Of a stretch of DNA of 64,000 nucleotides, positions 1 through 8,397 are shown one piece after another. The number at the start of each line of letters is the position of its first letter. Position 1 is the stretch's first letter. The DNA comes from Methanocaldococcus sp. 28A. GTDB taxonomy: Archaea > AGJL01 > Methanococci > Methanococcales > Methanocaldococcaceae. The DNA lies in assembly GCA_049852185.1 (NCBI GenBank), contig CP187540.1; one strand, 5' to 3'. Position numbers and translations under genes: made by a program. The notes beneath the pieces were generated by a model, which ran no database searches, had not been told where the DNA came from, and saw only the letters and a program-made list of their open reading frames with translations.

Positions 1-66
<66 letters not shown>

Positions 67-146
67 TCAGTCCTTAGCTCGTGTGCGTTTCAAACATATC
101 ACATTTCTCGTATATATACTTTTCGGTTCTCCCAATAAATGGGAGA

Positions 147-223
147 TGGTCCGGCGGGCCGGATTTGAACCAGCGACATGCGGATCTACAGTCCGCCGTT
201 CTACCAGGCTGAACTACCGCCGG
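147..223 (-). tRNA. tRNA-Tyr(GTA)
   Basis: Cloverleaf, anticodon arm GCGGA-CT-GTA-GA-TCCGC, encoded CCA. Confidence 0.96.
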
Positions 224-230
224 ACACAAA

Positions 231-308
231 TGGTGGGCCTGCCCAGATTTGAACTGGGGTCTCAGGATCCCAAATCCCAAAGGATAGACCAGGCTACCCC
301 ACAGGCCC
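231..308 (-). tRNA. tRNA-Pro(TGG)
   Basis: Cloverleaf, anticodon loop TT-TGG-GA, encoded CCA. Confidence 0.95.
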
Positions 309-323
309 ACCCAAAGAAATGAA

Positions 324-400
324 TGGAGCCCCGGGGGGGATTTGAACCCCCGACCACCTGATTACAAGTCAGGCGCTCTACCAGGCTGAGCCACCGAGGC
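324..400 (-). tRNA. tRNA-Thr(TGT)
   Basis: Cloverleaf, CCTGA-CT-TGT-AA-TCAGG, encoded CCA; first gene of the Thr-Pro-Tyr-Lys cluster. Confidence 0.96.
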
Positions 401-430
401 ACGTTTGCAGTATTAGTAAATACGGGAAGT

Positions 431-448
431 AGTATATAAACTTTTTGG
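431..448 (-). promoter_or_regulatory. BRE/TATA promoter of the tRNA cluster
   Basis: Reverse complement CCAAAAAGTTTATATACT about 30 nt upstream of tRNA-Thr. Confidence 0.8.
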
Positions 449-487
449 TTATCCAACTATTTATTTATTTGGATGATGTTGATACTT

Positions 488-1189
488 TTATAATATATAG
501 GAAATAAACACTCCAACAACACCTCCAACAATAGTGGCTATTAAATTAACATGCTCATTATTTAAAATTCCTCTTCTTTCAAACAAAGCTCCAACTAAAC
601 TATCTGCTAAGTTTCCAAATATTCCTCCAATAGTACCACATATAATAATCTTAAATTTTCCAAATAATATATACCCAATTAATCCAATTAAAAACGCTCC
701 CAAAACTCCAGCTAATGTGCCAAATATTGTTATTGCCCCATCAGTCCCTTTTTCAACAACTTCAAAGGTGGTTATTAATCTCGGCTTTTCATCTGATAAG
801 ACTCCTAACTCTGAAGAAAAAGTATCTGATGTGGCAGCAGCTATTGATGATATATATCCAATTAATGCCCAATTAAATCCAAATATTGTTAAAATAGCAA
901 ATAATACTGGAATTAGGCCATTGGCTAAAACATTTCTTAAACTTCTACGGGTTTCAGCTATCTTTTTAGCCTTCTTTTTTTCTAATCCTACTCTACTCAC
1001 TAAAACTCCTAATATAAAAAAAGATAAAAGTAATATCAAATATTTAAATCCACAGAAATAAAGTAATATAAAACCCATAATTGATGAACCAACAATCCCT
1101 GTATTATCTAAGCAGTTGCTTTTTTTAATTATTAATGCTAAAAGACACACTACTAAGATAGAAACAAATAATTTAATTAGAGAGTCCAT
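488..1189 (-). CDS. DUF92/TIGR00297 family membrane protein
   Basis: Multi-TM protein with RSLRNVLANG, AAATSDTFSSELG and GTDGAIT motifs typical of DUF92. Confidence 0.85.
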   Translation of the reverse strand: MDSLIKLFVSILVVCLLALIIKKSNCLDNTGIVGSSIMGFILLYFCGFKYLILLLSFFILGVLVSRVGLEKKKAKKIAETRRSLRNVLANGLIPVLFAILTIFGFNWALIGYISSIAAATSDTFSSELGVLSDEKPRLITTFEVVEKGTDGAITIFGTLAGVLGAFLIGLIGYILFGKFKIIICGTIGGIFGNLADSLVGALFERRGILNNEHVNLIATIVGGVVGVFISYIL

Positions 1190-1207
1190 AGTCTCAACTT
1201 TTAATTA

Positions 1208-1288
1208 TAGTTGTGTGCAAAATGAAATAAACTTTAAAAAGGAAATTTTGAATGCCTTATTTAATTAAAAAACTTTTACACGCAACTA
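1208..1288. mobile_element. MITE family A copy (internally deleted)
   Basis: TAGTTGTGTGCAAAA...TTTTACACGCAACTA flanked by TA/TA. Confidence 0.85.
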
Positions 1289-1297
1289 TAATTCTGA

Positions 1298-1372
1298 CGC
1301 CCCCGAGGGGATTTGAACCCCCGACCTTTCGGTCCGAAGCCGAACGCTCTATCCTGGCTGAGCTACGGGGGC
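1298..1372 (-). tRNA. tRNA-Arg(TCG)
   Basis: Cloverleaf, TTCGG-CT-TCG-GA-CCGAA; followed by TCA rather than CCA. Confidence 0.94.
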
Positions 1373-1499
1373 ACATATAGCTGTTTATAGCAGTCTCTCT
1401 AAAATAACAATAAAAACCTAAAACTAAATTAAAACCAATTTAAAATAATCTTTTTTGCATAAAATAAACAAAAGAATAAAAAATTAGAGGTTTAACAAT

Positions 1500-1703
1500 T
1501 TACTGCTTTAAAGCTAACTTTATGTCTTCAACTTTTACAGTTTTTCTTTTAGCATGTTTAGCTAACTCAACAGCTTCCTTAGCAATTTCTAATGCGATTT
1601 CTTCAACAGCTTCTGCTAAGTATTCTGCAGCTGCTCTGCTAACTCTCTCTGCTCCAGCTTTTTTCAAGATTCTTTCAAATGGTGCAACTGGAAGCTCAGC
1701 CAT
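1500..1703 (-). CDS. Archaeal histone (HMf family)
   Basis: [22 protein letters not shown]...[15 protein letters not shown] histone fold. Confidence 0.97.
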   Translation of the reverse strand: MAELPVAPFERILKKAGAERVSRAAAEYLAEAVEEIALEIAKEAVELAKHAKRKTVKVEDIKLALKQ

Positions 1704-1853
1704 AATACCACCTCAGAAATTTTACAAGGATTTTTATTAAAAAATAGTATTTAAAATTTTCGGTTTAGATTTAGGATTTATGATAGTTTAACTAATAGAA
1801 TAGAACTTTATGTGAAAAATAAAATTTTTATAAAATTTAATGGGCAACTATCT

Positions 1854-2975
1854 CTATACAAGTTTAACTTTTTCCTTTATTTTTTTGATATCTTCTGGTT
1901 TAGCGATAGTTTTTGGATATTTTGGAAGGTAAGGGCATTTTATTTCTTTTTCAGTAGATATTTCATAAGTTCCAATTTCTTCAGCTATATTTACAATATC
2001 ATTTTTATCCAAACCAATTAAAGGTCTTAGGATTGGATATTTTATATCCTCATTTATAACTCTCAAGTTCTTTAATGTTTGAGAAGCTACTTGTCCTAAA
2101 TTATCTCCAGTAACAATAGCATCACAATCTAAATATTTTGCATACTTTTCAGCTATTTTTAGCATTTTTCTCTTACAGAATATGCATGTATAATTCTCTC
2201 TTTTAATGCTCTTGAGTTTTTCTACAATATCCTCTATATCTTTTGAGTAATCATAGACAACAAATTCCAACTCAATATCGTAATCACTCAAAACCTCTAC
2301 TATCTTTCTAACTTTATTTAACGCCTCTTCACTCATCTTTAAGTGTAGCAAAACAGCCCTACAACCCCTTCTAATCATCATATATGCCGCTACAGGGCTG
2401 TCTATTCCATCAGATATTAAGCAAAGAACTTTCCCTTGGCTACCTGTTGGTAGTCCTCCAATGCCCTCATATTTTTCTGTAAATATGTAGGCTCTATCAT
2501 TTAGAATCTCTATTCCTAAAACAATATCTGGATTTTCCAAATCAACCTCTAATCCAAGTTTTTCAACTATTGCCTCACCAACTTTTTTATTTACTTCAAC
2601 TGATGTGAATGGGAATTTTTTATAACTTCTTTTTGTTTTAACTGCGAAGGTTACTTTTTCTTTATTTAGAGTTTTTATCTTATTTTTTATTATTTGAACT
2701 GCAAAGCTTACAATTTCATTAATATCTAATGAGCATTCATAAACTGGACTATAAGAAACAATCCCAGCAACTTTTTTTAATAATTTTAGTGCTAATTCCT
2801 CTTTATCTTTTGTATTTACTTTAACTAACAATCTTCTATGTAAAATCTTGACATCACAGTCAATTTCATACTTTCTAAGCAATTTTATAATATTTTTTCT
2901 TAAGATTTCTTCTAAGTTTTTTCTAATTGGGTCTGATTTCAAACCAATTTCTCCATATCTAACCAATATTTCCAT
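1854..2975 (-). CDS. thiI: tRNA 4-thiouridine synthase ThiI
   Basis: VRYGEIGLKS N-terminus, THUMP domain, PP-loop SDGIDS, GDNLGQVASQT, CxxC. Confidence 0.95.
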   Translation of the reverse strand: MEILVRYGEIGLKSDPIRKNLEEILRKNIIKLLRKYEIDCDVKILHRRLLVKVNTKDKEELALKLLKKVAGIVSYSPVYECSLDINEIVSFAVQIIKNKIKTLNKEKVTFAVKTKRSYKKFPFTSVEVNKKVGEAIVEKLGLEVDLENPDIVLGIEILNDRAYIFTEKYEGIGGLPTGSQGKVLCLISDGIDSPVAAYMMIRRGCRAVLLHLKMSEEALNKVRKIVEVLSDYDIELEFVVYDYSKDIEDIVEKLKSIKRENYTCIFCKRKMLKIAEKYAKYLDCDAIVTGDNLGQVASQTLKNLRVINEDIKYPILRPLIGLDKNDIVNIAEEIGTYEISTEKEIKCPYLPKYPKTIAKPEDIKKIKEKVKLV

Positions 2976-2984
2976 AATTTCACC

Positions 2985-3626
2985 TTAAGCTCTTTCATCT
3001 TTTGCATATGCAATGATTCCATTAATTATAGCAACAGCTACTGGTGTTCCACCTTTAGGACCTATAGTCGATATATTTGGAATATTTAACTCTCTAAGAG
3101 CTTCTTTTGATTCTGATGCCTGAACAAATCCTACTGGAACACCTACCACTAATTTTGGTTTTATTCCTTCTTCTTTAACTAATCTTATAACCTCAAATAA
3201 TGCAGTTGGAGAGTTTCCAATAACTACAACTCCATCATCTATTAAATCCTTAGCTAATCTCATCGAAGCTACAGCCCTTGTTATCCCTTCTTTTTTAGCA
3301 ATTTCATAAGCATTAGGATGATTTATAAAACAATGAATTTTATCATATCTAATTCCTGCTTTAATCATATTTACATCAACAATTATAGGTTTTCCATCTT
3401 TTATTGCTTCAATCCCATTTTCTATTGGATTATTTTTAAACACCAAAAGTTTGGCATATTCTTCATCAGCAGTAGCATGAACTACTCTTTCAATAATTCC
3501 CATCTCCTTATCACTAAATTCATTTATTTTATCCCCTAAAACTTCTTTTATTTTATTTCTAACAATTTCTCTTGATTTATTTGCTATATTTAGTCCATCT
3601 TTTGATATTGCCCCCATAAAATCCAT
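2985..3626 (-). CDS. cbiC: Cobalt-precorrin-8 methylmutase
   Basis: RVVHATAD, IGNSPTAL, GVPVGFV, KGGTPVAVA motifs; start set to the ATG after the GGTGA RBS. Confidence 0.93.
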   Translation of the reverse strand: MDFMGAISKDGLNIANKSREIVRNKIKEVLGDKINEFSDKEMGIIERVVHATADEEYAKLLVFKNNPIENGIEAIKDGKPIIVDVNMIKAGIRYDKIHCFINHPNAYEIAKKEGITRAVASMRLAKDLIDDGVVVIGNSPTALFEVIRLVKEEGIKPKLVVGVPVGFVQASESKEALRELNIPNISTIGPKGGTPVAVAIINGIIAYAKDERA

Positions 3627-3693
3627 AAAAATCACCTAAATTAAAAATATAGAAATTAAAAATAGAAAAATAGAATAATTCATTTTTTAGTAA

Positions 3694-3768
3694 TTATTTC
3701 TTACTTCTTAAAGTTTTTATAACATTATCTACGATTTCTGGAGCTAACCCAATATATGTTTTAGGATG
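3694..3768 (-). pseudogene. Diverged duplicate of the purB 3' end
   Basis: Translates HPKTYIGLAPEIVDNVIKTLRSKK*, versus purB NPKTYIGLAPKIVDEVIKTLRNK*. Confidence 0.85.
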
Positions 3769-3824
3769 AACCTTTAATAAAGGTTCATCAAAGATAACAC
3801 CTCTTCGCTTATGCTCAGAGGTGT
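3766..3824. repeat. Two inverted repeats (possible MITE remnant or terminator)
   Basis: GATGAACCTTT-AAT-AAAGGTTCATC and ACACCTCT...AGAGGTGT. Confidence 0.6.
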
Positions 3825-3848
3825 AAATTAATGTTTGCTTTGGTTTAG

Positions 3849-5195
3849 TTATTTATTTCTTAATGTTTTTATGACCTCATCTACTATTTTTGGTGCTAAA
3901 CCAATATATGTCTTTGGATTCATCAACTCATCCAACTCTTCTTTTGTTAAATACTTCATAACCTCCTTATCTTCTAATAAGACATCTTTCAAGTGCCTCT
4001 TTTCTTCATAAGCTTTCATTGCACATCTTCTTACAACTTCATGGGCTGTTTGCCTACCCATTCCCCTCTTAGCTAACTCAATCATTATTCTTTCAGCCAT
4101 TATAAGACCTTTTGTTAATTCTAAGTTTCTTTCAACATTTTCAATATTAACTCTCAATTTTTTAACTCCTTTAATTGCTAAAGTTAAAATATGGTCTGTT
4201 AAAACGCAAACTTCAGCAAATATACATCTTTCAGCAGATGAGTTTGTTAAATCTCTCTCTTCCCATAATGGGATATTATCCATCTCAGCAATGCATAGAG
4301 ATTTTATAACCCTTGATAAACCACAAATTTGCTCAAATGTTATTGGATTTCTCTTATGAGGCATTGTTGATGAACCTGTCTGCTTTGCAGGGTCGAACTC
4401 CTCCTCTAATTCCCCAATTTCTGTTCTCTGCATGTTCCTAACAGTAACTCCAATTTTATTTAATGTTTGAGCAATTAAAGCTAATAAAAATACAAATTCA
4501 GCATGTCTATCTCTTTGAATAACCTGATTTGAAATTAAAACTGGCTCTAAGCCTAAGATTTCAGCAACTCTTTTATGCACTTCTAAACCTTTTTCTCCCA
4601 TAGCAGCCATTGTTCCAACAGCTCCAGTAATCATAGAAACGCATATTCTTTTCTTAGCTTCTTTTAATCTCTCTAAGTGTCTGTCAATCTCAGCAGCCCA
4701 TAAAGCAAATCTCATACCATAAGTTGTTGGGATTGCATGCTGTCCATGAGTTCTACCAACGCAGACAGTATATTTATGTTCTTCTGCTTTATTTAATAAA
4801 ATATCTCTCAACTGCTTTAGTTTTTCCTCTATAATTTCAATTGATTCTTTTAACAGTAAAGAATTGGCTGTATCAACAATATCGTTTGATGTAGCTCCAA
4901 AGTGTATATATTCTCCAGCATTTCCTTCACAAACCTCAGCTAAAGCCTTAATCATTGCAACAATATCATGCCTTGTATGTTTTTCAATTTCTTTAACTCT
5001 TTTTAGTTTTACATATTTGGTTGATGCTTTTCTATTTATTTCTTCAGCAGCTTCTTTTGGGATTAAACCGAGTTCTGCCTGAGCTTTAGCTAATGCTGCT
5101 TCAACTTTTAACATTTTTTCTAATTTGTTTTCTTCTTCCCAAACTCTCCTCATTTCTGGAGTACCATATCTATAATCAATTGGATGTACTGCCAT
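3849..5195 (-). CDS. purB: Adenylosuccinate lyase
   Basis: HFGATSND, GRTHGQHA, GSSTMPHKRNP signature. Confidence 0.97.
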   Translation of the reverse strand: MAVHPIDYRYGTPEMRRVWEEENKLEKMLKVEAALAKAQAELGLIPKEAAEEINRKASTKYVKLKRVKEIEKHTRHDIVAMIKALAEVCEGNAGEYIHFGATSNDIVDTANSLLLKESIEIIEEKLKQLRDILLNKAEEHKYTVCVGRTHGQHAIPTTYGMRFALWAAEIDRHLERLKEAKKRICVSMITGAVGTMAAMGEKGLEVHKRVAEILGLEPVLISNQVIQRDRHAEFVFLLALIAQTLNKIGVTVRNMQRTEIGELEEEFDPAKQTGSSTMPHKRNPITFEQICGLSRVIKSLCIAEMDNIPLWEERDLTNSSAERCIFAEVCVLTDHILTLAIKGVKKLRVNIENVERNLELTKGLIMAERIMIELAKRGMGRQTAHEVVRRCAMKAYEEKRHLKDVLLEDKEVMKYLTKEELDELMNPKTYIGLAPKIVDEVIKTLRNK

Positions 5196-5217
5196 TTTTT
5201 CACCATGATTGTTATTA

Positions 5218-5439
5218 TAATTGTGAGCAAAAGTATATAAGTTGAATAAGGAATTATAGTTGTGTGCAAAATAAAATAAACTTTTATAAGGACAATTTGA
5301 ATGCCTTCCTTATGGAAGGCATTCACTGATTCCTTATTTTATTTAAAATAGTTTTGCACACAACTATAAAGAATACCTTCCAAAAGGAAGGCACTTATAT
5401 TTTCCTTTTTGAAAGTTTATTTTATTTTGCTCACAACTA
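5218..5439. mobile_element. MITE family A, outer copy interrupted by a nested copy
   Basis: Halves 5218-5256 and 5369-5439 join to match the intact copy at 46808-46917. Confidence 0.85.
5257..5366. mobile_element. MITE family A, inner full-length copy
   Basis: 15-bp TIR TAGTTGTGTGCAAAA, internal hairpin GAATGCCTTCC-TTAT-GGAAGGCATTC, TA duplication. Confidence 0.9.
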
Positions 5440-5441
5440 TA

Positions 5442-5879
5442 AGTTTTCAGTTTTACCATTATAATTTTTATAGTTTGATGATATTTAATTTAATAATTTA
5501 AATATTTAAGTGATATTTATCACGCTAAAAGTTTTTTATTTTTAATTTAGAAATTTTTAAAGGAATATTTTTTGATTTTAAGGATTTTTAGCTAATTTCT
5601 AAGGGTAGCTTATTTTTAATATTTTACTTATTTAGATGTATTAAATTAGTAAGATTTTTAGGAGATTTTAGATAATTATTTTTATATTTATATTTCCCCG
5701 ATAGATAATTTGATTTTTTAGATTTAGGGGTTTTATTGTTCTAATTCACACAATACCGTAAAGTATTTATATTAGTTAGGATATATAAAGAAACCAAGTA
5801 ATTGGGGGGTCGTAATATAACCCCTATAAAATAAAGATTTAAAAATGCTTAATTTCGTTTAATTCAAAAAATGCCTCCT
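5442..5879 (+). promoter_or_regulatory. CRISPR leader
   Basis: Long AT-rich ORF-free region abutting repeat 1, with AAAGTATTTATA BRE/TATA-like motif and a GGGG...CCCC hairpin; left boundary approximate. Confidence 0.75.
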
Positions 5880-6753
5880 ATTAAAATAAGACCGATTCGG
5901 TATGGAAACTATTTTTCCTGAATATCCATCGTCTGTTCTATTTAATTAAAATAAGACCGATTCGGTATGGAAACTTCGTAAATCTTTCTACGCAAAAATT
6001 AATGGCTGGATTAAAATAAGACCGATTCGGTATGGAAACTTTCACCAAATCTTTACACATTAGAGAAACAATTAAAATATCATATTAAAATAAGACCGAT
6101 TCGGTATGGAAACAGTTCTCTTTTTTTAACGCGAAACTTAAGGTAAACGTCTTTATTAAAATAAGACCGATTCGGTATGGAAACATAATTGAGTCTATAT
6201 TTGTGCTATTTTCTATGATATTTTCTATGATTAAAATAAGACCGATTCGGTATGGAAACATATATATACTTTTCCATACCCAACTCACACCCACATTAAA
6301 ATAAGACCGATTCGGTATGGAAACTTTTTACTTTTTTATACAACAATGTTAAGGTAATCGTCATTAAAATAAGACCGATTCGGTATGGAAACCAGCAACC
6401 ACTTCGGAAGACACTTTTCATCGAACTTGTAATTAAAATAATTAAAATAAGACCGATTCGGTATGGAAACATATTCAAAATAATGGACTTAAAACAGTTT
6501 GAGGATGTCATTAAAATAAGACCGATTTGGTATGGAAACTTATCAGCACTACAGCAACAATAACATTGCATGCAATAAGTAATTAAAATAAGACCGATTC
6601 GGTATGGAAACATAAAAATGCTGAAATTATTAAAAACAATATAAAAGAAAACATTAAAATAAGACCGATTCGGTATGGAAACGAATTGATTGAAATGTTA
6701 GCAACAAGAATTAGTTTTTTTTCATTAAAATAAGACCGATTCGGTATGGAAAC
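5880..6753 (+). CRISPR. CRISPR array, 13 x 30-bp repeats ATTAAAATAAGACCGATTCGGTATGGAAAC, 12 spacers of 35-48 nt
   Basis: Repeats start at 5880, 5945, 6010, 6084, 6155, 6230, 6295, 6363, 6441, 6510 (one C>T), 6582, 6653, 6724; GAAAC 3' end and leader on the left give + orientation. Confidence 0.98.
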
Positions 6754-6841
6754 TTAAAAGGCAATGCTCTTATGAGATGGAAACTTTTTTAAATAGGATT
6801 TTTACAGTTTAATATTAAAAATAATCCATAATGATGGTAGT

Positions 6842-7105
6842 ATGTATGTTATTATTGTCTATGATGTGAATGTTACAAGAGTAAATAAAGTAAAAAGCTT
6901 TTTAAGAAAACATTTAAACTGGGTTCAAAATAGTGTTTTTGAGGGAGAAATAACAAAAGCTGAGCTTGAAAGGATAAAATATGGACTTTTAAGAATTATT
7001 GATGAAAATGAAGATTCGGTAATTATTTATCAATTTCCATTAGATTTTATGCCTAAAAGAGAGATTTTTGGTGTAGAGAAAAATCCAATTGATGATATTA
7101 TTTAA
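6842..7105 (+). CDS. cas2: CRISPR-associated Cas2
   Basis: MYVIIVYDV...WVQNSVFEG...DSVIIY. Confidence 0.97.
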   Translation: MYVIIVYDVNVTRVNKVKSFLRKHLNWVQNSVFEGEITKAELERIKYGLLRIIDENEDSVIIYQFPLDFMPKREIFGVEKNPIDDII

Positions 7106-7106
7106 T

Positions 7107-7727
7107 TTATTCATAAAGTTCTAAATAAAGCTTCCCTGAATCTGTCAAATTAAATTTTTCATCAATAAGCCCTAGTTCTTGAAGTTTTTGAACTTCTCTA
7201 CTAATTGTTGCTGGAGATAAACCAAGATTCCTCGCAGTTTCTCTAATCCCATAACCATTATAAATGGATTTTAATATCCTAATCCACCTGTCATTTTTTG
7301 GAACTAAAAATGCTTTTATTGGAATCTCTGTATAGCCCTCAAAGTTTTCAAATTCAACTTCTACTTTTACATCAAGATTTTTTAATAATAGAAGTGTAGA
7401 AACCACAAGTAAAATTAATGCTCTCATACCTCCAGAAAGATTCGCACAAATGGAATTCTCTCCAATTTCTAAAATTTTCTGTTTTATTTTTTTTACATTT
7501 TTAACTATTGGCTCTTTTAAATCAATCTCAGTAATAATAACATTTTCTTTTTTAACAAGATTATTCAAAAGAGAAATTAAATTGTTTAATGCATTTTGAA
7601 CTTTATGGTTATTATTAACATCGTTTGGTAAAATTATGAGAACTTTATCATTGCTTTTTACCCCATGCCTAAGTAAGAATCTAATGGCAAATTTTTCATC
7701 AAATCCTAAGGTTATTATGTAGAGCAT
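7107..7727 (-). CDS. csa3: Csa3 CARF-wHTH transcriptional regulator (I-A associated)
   Basis: TLGFDEKF, NLSGGMR CARF motif, C-terminal HTH. Confidence 0.9.
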   Translation of the reverse strand: MLYIITLGFDEKFAIRFLLRHGVKSNDKVLIILPNDVNNNHKVQNALNNLISLLNNLVKKENVIITEIDLKEPIVKNVKKIKQKILEIGENSICANLSGGMRALILLVVSTLLLLKNLDVKVEVEFENFEGYTEIPIKAFLVPKNDRWIRILKSIYNGYGIRETARNLGLSPATISREVQKLQELGLIDEKFNLTDSGKLYLELYE

Positions 7728-8397
7728 AGTTATCTCCAATAAATTTTTTGTAAATATTATAAATCTCTATAACCTCCCTACCAAGAACTCCTAAATTTTC
7801 TTTATCAGTGTTTCTATTTAAAATTGCCGAGATGTTATCTGCAACCATTAATGGGACTAAGATTAAATAAATTTCTCTAAAATTATTATTTGTGAAATAT
7901 TCTGAAACACTATGTATTATATTGCCTTTAATTATCTTAGGAATATCAACATCAATTGGAGAATATTTCTCAATGATATTGATACAATCCTTACATAATT
8001 TTGAATAATTTACATTTAAATAATGTCTATTTACCATTGTATGGTGATGCAATGCAATTGCACAAGATATTATTCTTTTAATCTTCTCATCCATCTTTTC
8101 ATTTCCAGTAATTTTATTTATTGAGTTATAGGTAATATATGCAGAATAAAACTCATGCCCACGAAATGTTTTACTTTTTTGGTAATATGTTAATCCTTTA
8201 CCAATGTCATGAAATACATAAGATGTTTTTAATATAATCTCTCCTACTTTGTTGTTATTAACATGCAAACACTTAGCAAGTTTTTTATAATATTTCCTTT
8301 TAATGTAAAAATCTATAACTTCCAAACCTTTTTCAATATGCTCCTCCATAGTTTCTGATTTTTCTCCATCTTTTCCAAAGTATGCATAGCATGTCAT
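7699..8397 (-). CDS. cas3'': Type I-A Cas3'' HD nuclease
   Basis: EEH, FHDIGK, GHEFYSA, LHHH, VAD HD-domain motifs. Confidence 0.92.
   Translation of the reverse strand: MTCYAYFGKDGEKSETMEEHIEKGLEVIDFYIKRKYYKKLAKCLHVNNNKVGEIILKTSYVFHDIGKGLTYYQKSKTFRGHEFYSAYITYNSINKITGNEKMDEKIKRIISCAIALHHHTMVNRHYLNVNYSKLCKDCINIIEKYSPIDVDIPKIIKGNIIHSVSEYFTNNNFREIYLILVPLMVADNISAILNRNTDKENLGVLGREVIEIYNIYKKFIGDNYALHNNLRI

Noticed and set aside
74-456. Three short ORFs over the tRNA cluster
   Set aside because: Shadow ORFs of GC-rich tRNA genes.
6085-6613. ORFs with repeated MFPYRIGLIL
   Set aside because: Antisense translation of CRISPR repeats.
5910-6723. Self-targeting spacers within the window
   Set aside because: None noticed by eye; an alignment is needed to exclude it.
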